Shown in pieces: positions 47,462-58,026 of a stretch of 58,553 nt of DNA (positions within the stretch are counted from its first letter, which is position 1; each line of letters begins with the position of its first letter). A program made the translations under genes and the position numbers. The stretch is from the IMG/VR virus record IMGVR_UViG_3300025000_000115, positions 1 through 58,553 of that record; one strand, 5' to 3'. Source of the stretch: a virus (lineage: Duplodnaviria > Caudoviricetes). The notes under the pieces are model-generated. The model searched no databases, was not told where the DNA came from, and saw nothing but the letters and a program-made list of their open reading frames with translations.

Positions 47462-50066
47462 CAGACTGCTCCTGTGGTGGTTGAGTAGCTGTTACGGCAA
47501 GCTGACGGATAAACGGTGTGAGATATTTCTGAGCGGCAGCACCTACATTGGCAGGTTTCGCTTTGGCTACTTTCATGAGTGCTTCACGAGCGTCCTTATT
47601 GAATACTGCCTCACGTAACAGCGCATCAATCTGTGCTCTCTGTACTGCTAACCTGCCTTTGAACAGACTTCCTATAAGACCCTCTGTTGCGCTATAAGTC
47701 CAACCGTGACCACTCATAACGGAGAGTAGCTGGACTAATTTCTTGCCGACACCCACTGCTGTGTCGCCGGTTGCTTTTTCCATAGTCGTCGAACCACCAA
47801 CTGCTGAAACATTTTTATTGCGACCAATAATACGCAGCGCCTCGGCGTAATCCTTTAGACCTTGCATCGCCTCAGAGTTCAAGCCGTAGGTTTCTCTCAT
47901 CGCTGGTGCCATTTTACGCATTAACTTGTACGCCTGAATGGCTGTCATTTCAGGCGTACCAAGAGCGTCAAACTTGCCAGTTGCTTCCAGAGCATTTTCG
48001 ATAGAACGCGGAATCTGGTCTTTGATCACCTGTTTGACTGAACTGGTAAGACCTAATTCATGCAACACATCAGCATTTTGTCTTAGGAACGCCCTGGCTC
48101 CTGGTATATTCATAATACCCGTGTTGGTATCTACAATACCGGGTGAACTAATCATCTTTTCGATTACAGCAGGCATTGCTTGTCTGGCAGCTTTCTGTCT
48201 ACCAACCAACATACGCTCGGGTAAATTCATCACATCGCCTGTAACCGGGTCAAGAGTACCTTTAGGTGGTATAAGTGACCGGTACAGGTCTTTAGCACCT
48301 GTTCTCGTAGTCAAGAAGCGGGGCGCAACGCTTTCATTAATCACGCGCCTTCCGCTGGCTTGATTACCTTGTGCGAGAACGTCCTGCACTGCCCCACGGT
48401 AATATTTCTTAAACACTTCTTCATGACTGTATTTCTTAGCTGCTGAGTAGGCTTTTGCCACGTCGTCTGCTGGTTCGGCAGCGTCAAGCTGTTGCTGGAG
48501 GGCAGTGTGCCGTGTGGTTAGACCTTCCAGTTTGGGGTCAGCGACACCCCCACCCACCATCGGCACCGGTTCGTCAGGATAGAATTTCTTAAACTCAGTG
48601 GTCAGCTTCTCCAGATGCGCTTTATCCGTCATGCCTGTAGACGGCATGAATGACCCTTGTTTCGCTTGTACGGCTTTCATCAGAGCCATTTTATCCGGTG
48701 TGCCGCCGCTTGCCTGCTGTGCTGCAATCTGCTCGTCGATCATAGCTATGTCGGCCTTCAGCCGTGACGGTATGATAACCTTACCGCCTGACACCATTAT
48801 GTCGCCACGATCTGCTGCCTCACCAATGGCGTTAAAGTCATCTCTCACTGCTTTGCGTAGGGTTTCCAAGTGACCTGCTGTCTCGGCGTCGTTGGCCCCA
48901 TGCGCTTTTTTAATAGCCTTACCCAATGACCGTTCGACGCTCTGTAAGCCTTGTGTGTTATTATTCTTACTTAGTTCTTCGTTGATATAATCCTGCATAC
49001 TGTCTACAACTTTACGAGAGTCAGCAGGCATTGCTTTACCTCTTACTTCTCGCCCAACACGTGAGAGATTTTCAGCAGGTATCGGGTAGTCAGGCACTTT
49101 CGCCCATACTGCTTTTTGAGCAGCCTTAGCCGCTGTTTTCTGATCGCTGATTGCCTTGACGATGTTTGACCCGGTTATGTCTCGTGACTGTACTGACGGT
49201 AACGGTGCACCAGGACCTAACTTATTTTTAAGGTTACTTGTGGCGTCTTTTCGTATCACGGCGTCATTGTCGATCAGCAATTCACCAAATGACGGTTCGT
49301 TACCGACTGAAACATCTTTCGACGCTCTTGCTTGCTCAAATTTACGAGCGTTGAAGTTATCGGTTGTCTGACCGGGTGTCGGCTGTGCTTTTGTGCCAAT
49401 CCGATTCATAACTGCTTCGGTTTCCGCTTGTCTGAGTTTGTTCTTTTCAGCAGACTTTGCACTTGGTGTATACACTTGGTCGTATTCTTCTGCCGCCCTA
49501 AGTCGAGTACGCTTGGCACGTAGCGGCATACCTTTTCGACTTGCATCAACCAGACCATTTACCACACGACCAGCAACCTTACCGGCAATCTGTCCACCCA
49601 TCTCTATTTCGGCACCGGTCTTCAACTTATTGACTACATTGCCGACTTCCTCACCGGCTGTGCGTGGTCGGTATTTCGGATTGGATAATTCACCGGGTAT
49701 AAACGGCTGACGGACCTGAGTGGCTGACGGACCTTCTATTATGTCGGTTGCCTGGCTACCCATACCGTAACCGAGTGCTGAACCAGCGACAGTACCGGCA
49801 GCCGTACCGAGTACAGGCACCGCGCTACCACCGGCTGCACCGATAATGCCACCGGCAACCATACCAGCACCTTCGAGTATCGGTCGGGCGTATCTAGCGA
49901 CTGTCTTGCGGGAGGGTAACGCTTCCTTGACTCGCTGCATGACACCTTTGGGCGGTAGAACACGTTTGCCGCGTGAATGCGACGACATGGTGTTGAGCAC
50001 CGGTTCGTCAGGCTCCCATCCGGCAATTGCTGGTTTATCAGGTTCCCAACCAGGGATAGTAGCCAC
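47442..50066 (-). CDS. DNA ejection / internal virion protein (gp16-like position)
   Basis: Large, helical, Gly-rich hydrophobic patch; third gene of ejection cluster. Confidence 0.6.
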   Translation of the reverse strand: MATIPGWEPDKPAIAGWEPDEPVLNTMSSHSRGKRVLPPKGVMQRVKEALPSRKTVARYARPILEGAGMVAGGIIGAAGGSAVPVLGTAAGTVAGSALGYGMGSQATDIIEGPSATQVRQPFIPGELSNPKYRPRTAGEEVGNVVNKLKTGAEIEMGGQIAGKVAGRVVNGLVDASRKGMPLRAKRTRLRAAEEYDQVYTPSAKSAEKNKLRQAETEAVMNRIGTKAQPTPGQTTDNFNARKFEQARASKDVSVGNEPSFGELLIDNDAVIRKDATSNLKNKLGPGAPLPSVQSRDITGSNIVKAISDQKTAAKAAQKAVWAKVPDYPIPAENLSRVGREVRGKAMPADSRKVVDSMQDYINEELSKNNNTQGLQSVERSLGKAIKKAHGANDAETAGHLETLRKAVRDDFNAIGEAADRGDIMVSGGKVIIPSRLKADIAMIDEQIAAQQASGGTPDKMALMKAVQAKQGSFMPSTGMTDKAHLEKLTTEFKKFYPDEPVPMVGGGVADPKLEGLTTRHTALQQQLDAAEPADDVAKAYSAAKKYSHEEVFKKYYRGAVQDVLAQGNQASGRRVINESVAPRFLTTRTGAKDLYRSLIPPKGTLDPVTGDVMNLPERMLVGRQKAARQAMPAVIEKMISSPGIVDTNTGIMNIPGARAFLRQNADVLHELGLTSSVKQVIKDQIPRSIENALEATGKFDALGTPEMTAIQAYKLMRKMAPAMRETYGLNSEAMQGLKDYAEALRIIGRNKNVSAVGGSTTMEKATGDTAVGVGKKLVQLLSVMSGHGWTYSATEGLIGSLFKGRLAVQRAQIDALLREAVFNKDAREALMKVAKAKPANVGAAAQKYLTPFIRQLAVTATQPPQEQSDASSTP

Positions 50067-51899
50067 TTATAGCCTCCTGCCCGTTGCCTGTGAGAAGAAC
50101 GATTTGCCACCGTCAGTTGTGTAAGCCGGTTCACCGTGATACTTACCGGTCTGTGCGCCTGCCGGTATTTTACTGCCTGTGGGTTTGGGTGCAGGTGACG
50201 CCTGTGGTGCAGCAACACCCTTTCCGAGATGCTGCCTCATCTCCTCATACACTTCTTTTTGCGAATTGAGAGAGTCTTTCATCAAACCACGGAACTGCGT
50301 AAACTTCTGATCGATCATTGCAGGGTTATCTTTGAGTACGCTGATCAGGTCGTTTGTGTTCTTCATGGCCGAATCTGTAGGAGCCGCGCCGGTCGTCTGC
50401 CGTGTGACCACACGGGTATATTCGATCATTGTCTCGTAAGCTACTGCCTCGGCGGTTCCTGGTGCTGGCGCGCCCATACCCTTTTTCATCCGATTGACTA
50501 CACCGTTTAACATTGGCACAGTGCCATTACCGAGCTGCTTGAATAATCCGTGTAGCCGGGTAAGGTTCTTCTGTGCTTGTAGTTCGCTGCCTTCCAGATT
50601 CGCTATCAGGCCTTTCTGCTTGCTCATTGCTGCTACATTGGCTTTCACGTCGGCTCCGGCAGCAAATAGCTCCGGCAGCGTCATACCGGCGTCCCTGGCT
50701 ATTTCAGACACGCGGGCGAACGCCTTTTCTCTAACGTTATCGCCACCCTTACTGCGACCCATGCCAGGAGGTAATTTACCGTAAAATGCTAGATACTGAG
50801 CGGCGAACTCTACAGCGTCACTCGGTTTGCCCTTATTCAGAGCACCCATCACCTTACCTTCAGACGGTATTCCTGCTGACGATCCGCCACCGTTTTTCAC
50901 ACTTGGCTTGACATCTCGTCCGTGGTAAGGCTGACCGTCTACGAACTTTTCGCCTCTTTTATTGGTGAAGATCATCTTACCGCCGGGTGTAATCATACCT
51001 GATCGGGTAAGCTCGTTGAGTTTCGCGTCTTCTTTGGTGGCCGTCAGTTTTTGTTCCTCTAACGCCTTAAATGTATCAGCCATACTGTACGCCAACAACG
51101 GACTAAACCGTTTAGGCGCTGTTTCGGCAGCTTTTGCAAGTCCCGGTATCTGACCCATATCCTGGATCATCTGCGAGTACATCGGCTGAAGAGTCTCGAT
51201 TGCCTGCTGTTCCGGTATGCCTGACGCCACCATTGCCTCGTATTTCTGAGTCAACGGGGTCTGTGCTCTGGCAATTGGTTCAATCATGGAAGTAAGCTCT
51301 AACTGCTGTTCTTTGTTGAGTTTACCCTGTTCCACGGCAACTTTCAGCATACCGAGCTGTTCTGTAGACCGCTTGATTTTTATGCCGTCGCTCTGTGCCA
51401 TTGCACCAGTCATAAGTCTGCTGTACTCGGCGTCGTCAATCTTGCCACTCTCACGGAGGCCTTTATACGACTGCATTTGTGTCTGAAGCATCTGCTCGTC
51501 GGTGGGTGGTTGTGGTTGCGCGGCAGGCGTTCCCATAGGCTGAGCGCCTGCTGGAGGTGTAGTTGCCATATTAGCAACCTGACCGTACATTCCGCCAGGG
51601 ACAGGCGGTGGTACGAGGTTATTCTGTATGGGTGCTGGCTGTGGTTGGGTGGGTGCTGGTTGTGGTTGAGTGGCAACGGGCTGCTGCGGCTGCTGTTGAA
51701 CGAGTAGATTACGTCCCACGTCACTGTCGATCATTTTATTGACTTCCAGCATACGCAAAGCGTCTTGATTTTTCATATACGCCAGACGATTTTGAGTCGC
51801 ATAGACAGGCATTTCTGAGGCAAAAATCTGCCTGCGTTCACCTTCCTGCTGACCGGCAACTCCACCCTGAAGTACGTTCCAAGAAGTCATTTCAGACAT
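50067..51899 (-). CDS. DNA ejection protein (gp20-like position)
   Basis: Gln/Pro/Met-rich helical protein; synteny. Confidence 0.55.
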   Translation of the reverse strand: MSEMTSWNVLQGGVAGQQEGERRQIFASEMPVYATQNRLAYMKNQDALRMLEVNKMIDSDVGRNLLVQQQPQQPVATQPQPAPTQPQPAPIQNNLVPPPVPGGMYGQVANMATTPPAGAQPMGTPAAQPQPPTDEQMLQTQMQSYKGLRESGKIDDAEYSRLMTGAMAQSDGIKIKRSTEQLGMLKVAVEQGKLNKEQQLELTSMIEPIARAQTPLTQKYEAMVASGIPEQQAIETLQPMYSQMIQDMGQIPGLAKAAETAPKRFSPLLAYSMADTFKALEEQKLTATKEDAKLNELTRSGMITPGGKMIFTNKRGEKFVDGQPYHGRDVKPSVKNGGGSSAGIPSEGKVMGALNKGKPSDAVEFAAQYLAFYGKLPPGMGRSKGGDNVREKAFARVSEIARDAGMTLPELFAAGADVKANVAAMSKQKGLIANLEGSELQAQKNLTRLHGLFKQLGNGTVPMLNGVVNRMKKGMGAPAPGTAEAVAYETMIEYTRVVTRQTTGAAPTDSAMKNTNDLISVLKDNPAMIDQKFTQFRGLMKDSLNSQKEVYEEMRQHLGKGVAAPQASPAPKPTGSKIPAGAQTGKYHGEPAYTTDGGKSFFSQATGRRL

Positions 51900-51911
51900 T
51901 GTGTCACCTCT

Positions 51912-52805
51912 TTAGTACAAGTCGCCAGCGTACATGTCGGTGCCAGCATACGAACCACCTGTGACACCACCATACCCATTGCTGTTGGAATACGCATCGC
52001 CGAAACCGTAATTATTTGCCTGTTGCTGTTGTAACGCATTATTATAGTTATAAGTCTTCAACCCACTCATGAGCTGATTGTTGACGCTGTTACTTGCGTT
52101 ACTGAACCCCGACTGTATGTTGTTCCCGATCTGTGTAGCGGCGTTTGTTCCCATAATACCTGAGTTTACAGCAGAACTCAGTAAGTTATTACCCATGTTC
52201 GTTGCTGTCGCCAGACCATAGGAACCCAACTGGTTACTGGCTGTCTGACCTGTGCCAGCGATACCTGACAGGCGGTTGAATATAGTGTTTTGATTATTGA
52301 GTTGCGAGTTATACTCATCGAGTTGTTGCTGATATATGCGGTTGTATGCAGCACCGTACTCCTGACTACCTGCCTGTTGGCCGTAATTAACCAGTGCCGT
52401 GCCAAGATTGCCTGAACCAAGATTACCAGCGGCAGAACCAGCAGCGGTAAGCGCGTTCACGCCTTGCTGTGTTCGGAATGCGTAGCCGGGGTCTTGCTGC
52501 ACTTGTGCTGGATTAAATTGAAACGTCGGCACGGTGGAAAACTGACCGCCTTGTGACATACCGGAAGACAATTGATTAACCGCACTCGTGCCAGCAGCAA
52601 CCCACGGAGCCTGTGCTTCTCTCTGCAAGTCGAGTTCTCGCTGCTGTAAAGCGTTGGCATTGGTGGCAGCAAGTGTATTGGCATTGGTGGCCTTGTCTGA
52701 CGCTGCTCGCGATTCTTTTGCCGACGCTATGGCACCGATCCACGAGACATCACCCATCATAACCCAAAACGGAGCCAGCAATATTCGTCGTATCCAGTTT
52801 TTCAT
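51912..52805 (-). CDS. DNA ejection pilot protein (P22 gp7-like)
   Basis: APWVAAG..DPGYAFR.QQG..AAGNLGSG..YGQQAGSQEY..FNRLSGIAGTGQ. Confidence 0.75.
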   Translation of the reverse strand: MKNWIRRILLAPFWVMMGDVSWIGAIASAKESRAASDKATNANTLAATNANALQQRELDLQREAQAPWVAAGTSAVNQLSSGMSQGGQFSTVPTFQFNPAQVQQDPGYAFRTQQGVNALTAAGSAAGNLGSGNLGTALVNYGQQAGSQEYGAAYNRIYQQQLDEYNSQLNNQNTIFNRLSGIAGTGQTASNQLGSYGLATATNMGNNLLSSAVNSGIMGTNAATQIGNNIQSGFSNASNSVNNQLMSGLKTYNYNNALQQQQANNYGFGDAYSNSNGYGGVTGGSYAGTDMYAGDLY

Positions 52806-52806
52806 A

Positions 52807-53268
52807 TCACAACTCCTTGTGCCACTGTAACCCGGTTGCTGTGTAACCCTGTTTTTCCAGCAGACGACCTGTTGCCCCGGCTTTTAATCGTGTTCCCATT
52901 GCCGAAAGAATTGCCCCCTTTTCTCTCAGGTGTTTATCCGCAAGTGCTACCAGTTCCGACATTATCTTTATCCGGCGAAATGGACTCAGCTCAGGGTCCG
53001 TATGGAGAATTATCTCCTGTGCGACCGCAATTTTACGCTGATAAAATGTGGTTCGCAATATAATTGCGTAAATCACTCCAATTATTTTACCATGCGCCTG
53101 TGTGACTATCAGTACACTGTCTGGTCCGTTACAGGCAGCAAGCATGTCGGCGGCATGTTCTTCCTCGAATATGCCCACCAGTGGGCCGAATGCTATTTCA
53201 TCGTAATACGCCCGACTGACGGCAGCTATCCGTGGTATGTCTGTCTCGCGGGCGAGTCTGGTTATCAT
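52807..53268 (-). CDS. GNAT-family acetyltransferase-like protein
   Basis: MITRLARETDIPRI..GKIIGV..AQEIIL..RLLEKQGY. Confidence 0.7.
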   Translation of the reverse strand: MITRLARETDIPRIAAVSRAYYDEIAFGPLVGIFEEEHAADMLAACNGPDSVLIVTQAHGKIIGVIYAIILRTTFYQRKIAVAQEIILHTDPELSPFRRIKIMSELVALADKHLREKGAILSAMGTRLKAGATGRLLEKQGYTATGLQWHKEL

Positions 53269-54200
53269 ATCGACTCATTAACTATCATCGCTTTCACGAA
53301 ATCCATTATGCGCCCATCCTTCGTCGTGTAGGTCGGTGGCATGTCTACGTCGTTCAAGTCAATATTGTCGATGTTATACCACTTGATTATTGCATATCGT
53401 ACACCGTTAAACGTCAGACGGTAATACGATATCTTGCCTGACGGTGCAAGTACCAGCTCACCTGGATGATTGCCGAACCACTTGATGACATCCGATACGA
53501 AGATGTCGGCGTTATTGCGCTCGTTCCACACTTTAGATGCTATTTTGATTCGCACCACACTGAACAACTCGTGATAATCTTCAGCAAGGGTGACGACAGC
53601 AGGCAGTTCTTCAAGACTGTCAATCACGAAGAAAATAGTGTCGAACTTGACGCGGTGTGACACTATATTAGCGATTACTGCCGGAAACCAGCGAGCTTCC
53701 TTATGATACGACAAACCGATCTGTACGACGCCGGTATGGTCGGTAAGGCGGTTAAGATACTCTCTGAATCCTAACCCGCTGTCTTCCAGACCGTAACCGT
53801 TGGTCAGCATGTACGCAGGGCCGATCTGCTGCACTCGATCAATTATCGCGAATATTTCAGGATGCAGCGTCGGCTCGCCGCCGGTCAGGATATACGGTCC
53901 AGGTGCCTGACGGCAATTTTCCAGTATGGTTTCCACCGGTATGTCTGACTGACCTCTCTCATAAAAGCAGTATTTGCAGTTAATGTTGCATCGGGTCGTC
54001 ACATCGACCAGGTGTCCAGCGTAAATCTGGTCAGGGTTTTGTTCACAGTGCTGGAAAAACGACGAGTCGGACTCCAGCAGACCGACAGTCATGCCGTGGT
54101 CAGGACAACTCTTTGCAATTATCGCCTGCCCTCCATCGCTACAAACGACCGCCTGAACCTCCTTGTAACAGGTGTTACATAGACTTCTGGTCACTCTCAT
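53265..54200 (-). CDS. Radical SAM enzyme with MJ0619/Tes-type N-terminal rubredoxin-like site
   Basis: C8,C11,C32,H35 (SLCNTC..KSCPDHG); DVTTRCNINCKYC; LTGGEPT; LTNG. Confidence 0.85.
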   Translation of the reverse strand: MRVTRSLCNTCYKEVQAVVCSDGGQAIIAKSCPDHGMTVGLLESDSSFFQHCEQNPDQIYAGHLVDVTTRCNINCKYCFYERGQSDIPVETILENCRQAPGPYILTGGEPTLHPEIFAIIDRVQQIGPAYMLTNGYGLEDSGLGFREYLNRLTDHTGVVQIGLSYHKEARWFPAVIANIVSHRVKFDTIFFVIDSLEELPAVVTLAEDYHELFSVVRIKIASKVWNERNNADIFVSDVIKWFGNHPGELVLAPSGKISYYRLTFNGVRYAIIKWYNIDNIDLNDVDMPPTYTTKDGRIMDFVKAMIVNESI

Positions 54201-56596
54201 TACTTACTCCCCTCGACGTACCACCCCATTATAATCCGTTTAACCGGACTACTGATACGTAGTTTGAACACCACATCTTTGCTTCGCCCCACCGATCTCC
54301 AGAGAACTCGCTTGCGGTACTCCCCTATTTTGCCCATTGAGCGGGTAGATTCTGGACCCCACGTCTTGCCACCGTCTTTACTGCGCGATAATCCGGCGAC
54401 TGGCTCGATTTCCTGTATGGCGAAAATAACTTTCGGCGCTGTCGTGTAGCCTGACCCGGCATTGGTTATGGTTATGCTGAATATTGAACCATGCAACACA
54501 CCGGCAACTGCTGCTGCTCCTGACCCGTTACCATCTACTGCTTGAAAAATAATAGCCGGGGCAGTCGTGTAGTCAGCACCCGCGTAAGTTAAATTAATAC
54601 CAGTGACACCGCCACCAGCAATTGCCGAATAAGCTGTTGCTGGTGAAATTACGTCACTTCGACCAACACCCGACTCAATATCTATCTGTAGTTCGTCAAT
54701 GAAAATATCGTCAAGTGACTCTCTGTCGTTCAGATGTTGTGTTGTCTGGATGCTCGTAATGGGCAAACCCGCGTCAGTATGGAACTTGCTGCTTAACTCA
54801 TAGATATTGCCAGTGTGAATGTCACCTACAAGATGCATGTTATTGAACCGCACGTAGCAATTAGCCCTGTCCCTGTGAACGTCATTGTCTATAAGGTTAT
54901 TGGTAGACCGCTCATGCCACATCTGACTTGTTGTGTCATATACAAAAGTCCAATCGTCTACAGGATTTGTTATCTGGTAGAAAGTATGTCCCTCATCGCT
55001 GTAACAGAAACCGAAACACTGCGTCAGGTCGGTTGATTGCGACATTTTGTAGACTATCGATTGCGGCGTAATTGGTGTCGGCGTATAACCGTTCAATTCC
55101 ACCACGCCGACGAAGCACGGGTTTTCGCCATCCCGCTCGTTTGCTAAGAAGAACGCCGAATTATTACCTCGTGCCACCGACCAGGGGGCGGGTGTACCAT
55201 AGTCAATTACTGCTCCCTGCATTCTGGAGAATGGGAAACCAAGAGCGGTTGGTGTAGCATTGTTATAAAATACTTCAGTTGTGTACTGTTTAATGAAGAA
55301 TAATTGTTCGTGCAGATTCAGCAGATTCGACACGCTATCGGATACTGCCTGAATGGGTGTTGTTGCAATGGCGTTCCACAGTAAACCATTATACAGTTCG
55401 GAAGCAAAAGCGTTCATCGTGCCATCAGTCACAATGAAATAGCCGTCGACATATTCGACATGTTGCGGCGTGAGAGTGAATGAGCTTCCTTCGGGTGTGC
55501 TAATCGTTACTGTAGGATTATCTGTATAATCAGGACTACCACCAGTAATAGTTATCGCCGTGACGACACCATCAACAGCGGTTGCGGTGGCTGTCGCATT
55601 ACCACCTGTTCCTGTTATTGTAACAATTGGTTGACTTATATAGCCGGAGCCACCGTTTATCAGATTGATTGCCGTAAGCGTTTTTACTGAAACTGCCGCC
55701 GTAGCCGTAGCCGTACCGCTGCTTATTACCACGAGTGGTGCTGTGTAATTTGACCCACCATTCGTAACGTCTATGCTGATAATCGAACCGGCAGTAGTGT
55801 CTAGACTGGCTGTCATGTCAGCCGTAGCATTTGTCACCGTGAGTACGGGCGCGGTGTATCCTGACCCAACAGCCGTAACGACAAACCCGACCAGAAGACC
55901 ACCGACCACTGTCGGGGTGATAACCGCACCAGTGCCTGTCGGGTCAGATATATTAACAACCGGAGTTCCTGTCAGAGCCTCGCTGTATGTACCAGCAACA
56001 ACAGGCGCAAGTGAATAACCTAAATTGACTTGTAGAACTGCACCTACTCCTGTCGCGTCGGTAATGGTCGCCGTCGGCGGTGTCGCAATATCGTATCCCG
56101 ATCCAGGGGCTGTTATTGTAATTGCCCCGACAGGTGATGTCGATATAGCGGGTAAAGCAGCAGCCTGCACTGCCGGTATATCAGCCTGCTGAGTGAACAC
56201 GCCTGTCAGAACGTTATAGATGTAACCGTGTGCACCATCCACAATCATTATCTGATTGCCGCCGATGCCGTTGGACAGCAGACCGTTCTCAGCCATACTC
56301 ACGCGGCCTGCTGACGTGGTGAGCGTTCCGAGTATCGTATGTACACCTGTTGTATCAATCGACACCAGTTTGTTGCTCTCGACAGCGTACAGTACGCCTG
56401 CAAGGGTAACGGCCCCACGGACAGGTGACGACAGACCTGATGAGAACAGGCGCTTGCCAGGAGCACCGATGAGCATCCCGACGCCTTTTTCGTTCGGCGC
56501 GGTGGCAAGTTCAGGATACAGATTTACGTATCGCTGAGACTCGAACGCGGTGGATCGGCCAGAATACGACGATGGAATAAACGGGAGTCTGCTCAT
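54200..56596 (-). CDS. Tail hub / DNA-stabilisation protein (P22 gp10-like) with inserted beta repeats
   Basis: YSGRS..SQRYVNLYPE, YVDGYF, EGHTFY..TFVYD..WHER, SKDGGKTW..GKIGEY..WRSVG. Confidence 0.85.
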   Translation of the reverse strand: MSRLPFIPSSYSGRSTAFESQRYVNLYPELATAPNEKGVGMLIGAPGKRLFSSGLSSPVRGAVTLAGVLYAVESNKLVSIDTTGVHTILGTLTTSAGRVSMAENGLLSNGIGGNQIMIVDGAHGYIYNVLTGVFTQQADIPAVQAAALPAISTSPVGAITITAPGSGYDIATPPTATITDATGVGAVLQVNLGYSLAPVVAGTYSEALTGTPVVNISDPTGTGAVITPTVVGGLLVGFVVTAVGSGYTAPVLTVTNATADMTASLDTTAGSIISIDVTNGGSNYTAPLVVISSGTATATAAVSVKTLTAINLINGGSGYISQPIVTITGTGGNATATATAVDGVVTAITITGGSPDYTDNPTVTISTPEGSSFTLTPQHVEYVDGYFIVTDGTMNAFASELYNGLLWNAIATTPIQAVSDSVSNLLNLHEQLFFIKQYTTEVFYNNATPTALGFPFSRMQGAVIDYGTPAPWSVARGNNSAFFLANERDGENPCFVGVVELNGYTPTPITPQSIVYKMSQSTDLTQCFGFCYSDEGHTFYQITNPVDDWTFVYDTTSQMWHERSTNNLIDNDVHRDRANCYVRFNNMHLVGDIHTGNIYELSSKFHTDAGLPITSIQTTQHLNDRESLDDIFIDELQIDIESGVGRSDVISPATAYSAIAGGGVTGINLTYAGADYTTAPAIIFQAVDGNGSGAAAVAGVLHGSIFSITITNAGSGYTTAPKVIFAIQEIEPVAGLSRSKDGGKTWGPESTRSMGKIGEYRKRVLWRSVGRSKDVVFKLRISSPVKRIIMGWYVEGSK

Positions 56597-57324
56597 TATG
56601 ACATCCAGTCGCCGGATAGAATATCGTTACCCGTCTGTTCGCCTGTACCTGGTATGTCGATACGGCACACCGGTATTTCGTGGTTGATATTTTCTACGGT
56701 CTGCATGGCAATACGTGCGTCTTTCAGCAAGTCGGCGGGTATTGGCCCCTTCCGACCCATGACACGCCAGATTTTGCACGCCAGATTTTGCACGATTGCA
56801 TCGTAGTAAATAGGCTGGAATGTTACAACATCGGTGAGATTGACAAATTGCGTCAGATATTTTTGACTGTTCAGGAACAGTGTATAAACAGCGTCAGGTA
56901 TTGGATAGCAGGAAATCTGACCGAGATGACTGGTTTGCTGAGTCAGACCGGGTGTGTAATAAATTGCGTCAGGTCTATCGGTTGAAATCATGTTGTCGGA
57001 AATCGAATCGTAAATATCTTCATCCAGTATGTATACTGGATAATTGACCAGTGCGCTGTCTCTGATAAACGCACTTTCAATTTTAATTGGCTTACCAGTG
57101 TTGAAATTACCACCTGTACCGATGGTGTAGACACGCTGATTGGCTACCAGCGGGAAGGCCTCTTGGATGGTCGCCGCCAACATCAGACGGCGACCAGACC
57201 AAGAATTAAGCATCAGATTACAATGTCGCATACATTTCTGTAGCTCTGACTGTTCCGGTGTCTCGTCAAGACTCGTTGCCCCTATGACTTCCATTGATGC
57301 TACGAAAATGTCTTGAACGAGCAT
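56596..57324 (-). CDS. Head-tail adaptor (P22 gp4-like)
   Basis: NLMLNSWS, YTIGTGG, YPIPD, AIVQNLAC; precedes gp10-like gene. Confidence 0.7.
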   Translation of the reverse strand: MLVQDIFVASMEVIGATSLDETPEQSELQKCMRHCNLMLNSWSGRRLMLAATIQEAFPLVANQRVYTIGTGGNFNTGKPIKIESAFIRDSALVNYPVYILDEDIYDSISDNMISTDRPDAIYYTPGLTQQTSHLGQISCYPIPDAVYTLFLNSQKYLTQFVNLTDVVTFQPIYYDAIVQNLACKIWRVMGRKGPIPADLLKDARIAMQTVENINHEIPVCRIDIPGTGEQTGNDILSGDWMS

Positions 57325-57330
57325 GATATG

Positions 57331-57861
57331 TTACTCCTTAGCCGGAATAGAAGCCACCAACGCCAGCAACGACGCTTTATTGTCTCGTGGCGTGTGTTTA
57401 ATACCAGCAGCGTCGAGTTGATCACGCAGCTGCTGATTGGTCGGTCCTTCTGATGGCTGTATCCATGTGTCAGATGGGTCTTTGGGTGCAGGTGCAGGTG
57501 CAGGTGCAGGTGCGAGGGGCAGGCCGAAACCGGTGTCAGGCACCTCGTCACCCTTCAGCTTTGAGATAGATTCATTCAGACCGGCGATAACTTCCTCGAA
57601 ATCTGCCTGCATGTCGGCGATAACCTGATCTTTAGCTGCAAGTGCTTCAGTCAGGCTTTGAATCTCGGCGTTCGTGGCGTCTGGTACAGGCGCTTGCGGT
57701 GTGTCCAGCACATTATACGGTTTGGTCGGTGGAATGACAGGCGCATCACGAGTAAGGTCCTCTTCATTTTCCACCCATCCCTGATTCAAATGGAACTCCA
57801 GGGACTCTTTACTGGTTACTATGTATGGATCACAGTCCTTCTTGAACAGCGTTGTCTTCAT
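57331..57861 (-). CDS. Hypothetical protein with C-terminal HeH/LEM-like motif
   Basis: LRDQLDAAGIKHTPRDNKASLLAL; PAPAPA linker. Confidence 0.6.
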   Translation of the reverse strand: MKTTLFKKDCDPYIVTSKESLEFHLNQGWVENEEDLTRDAPVIPPTKPYNVLDTPQAPVPDATNAEIQSLTEALAAKDQVIADMQADFEEVIAGLNESISKLKGDEVPDTGFGLPLAPAPAPAPAPKDPSDTWIQPSEGPTNQQLRDQLDAAGIKHTPRDNKASLLALVASIPAKE

Positions 57862-57874
57862 TATTCCTCCCTTT

Positions 57875-58003
57875 CTACATCCAGTTAGGTAATTTGCCGT
57901 CACCTTTGGGTTGCTTGGCGACGGCTTTCTTGATGGCAGGCTTCTTGGTTTTCTTCTTGACTTTAGGTTTTACCACCTTACCGGCTGTCAGTATGTTTTT
58001 CAT
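57875..58003 (-). CDS. 42-aa lysine-rich peptide
   Basis: Hand translation MKNILTAGKVVKPKVKKKTKKPAIKK...; GAGG RBS. Confidence 0.55.
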   Translation of the reverse strand: MKNILTAGKVVKPKVKKKTKKPAIKKAVAKQPKGDGKLPNWM

Positions 58004-58026
58004 TTTATACCTCGCGTTTTAGTTAT

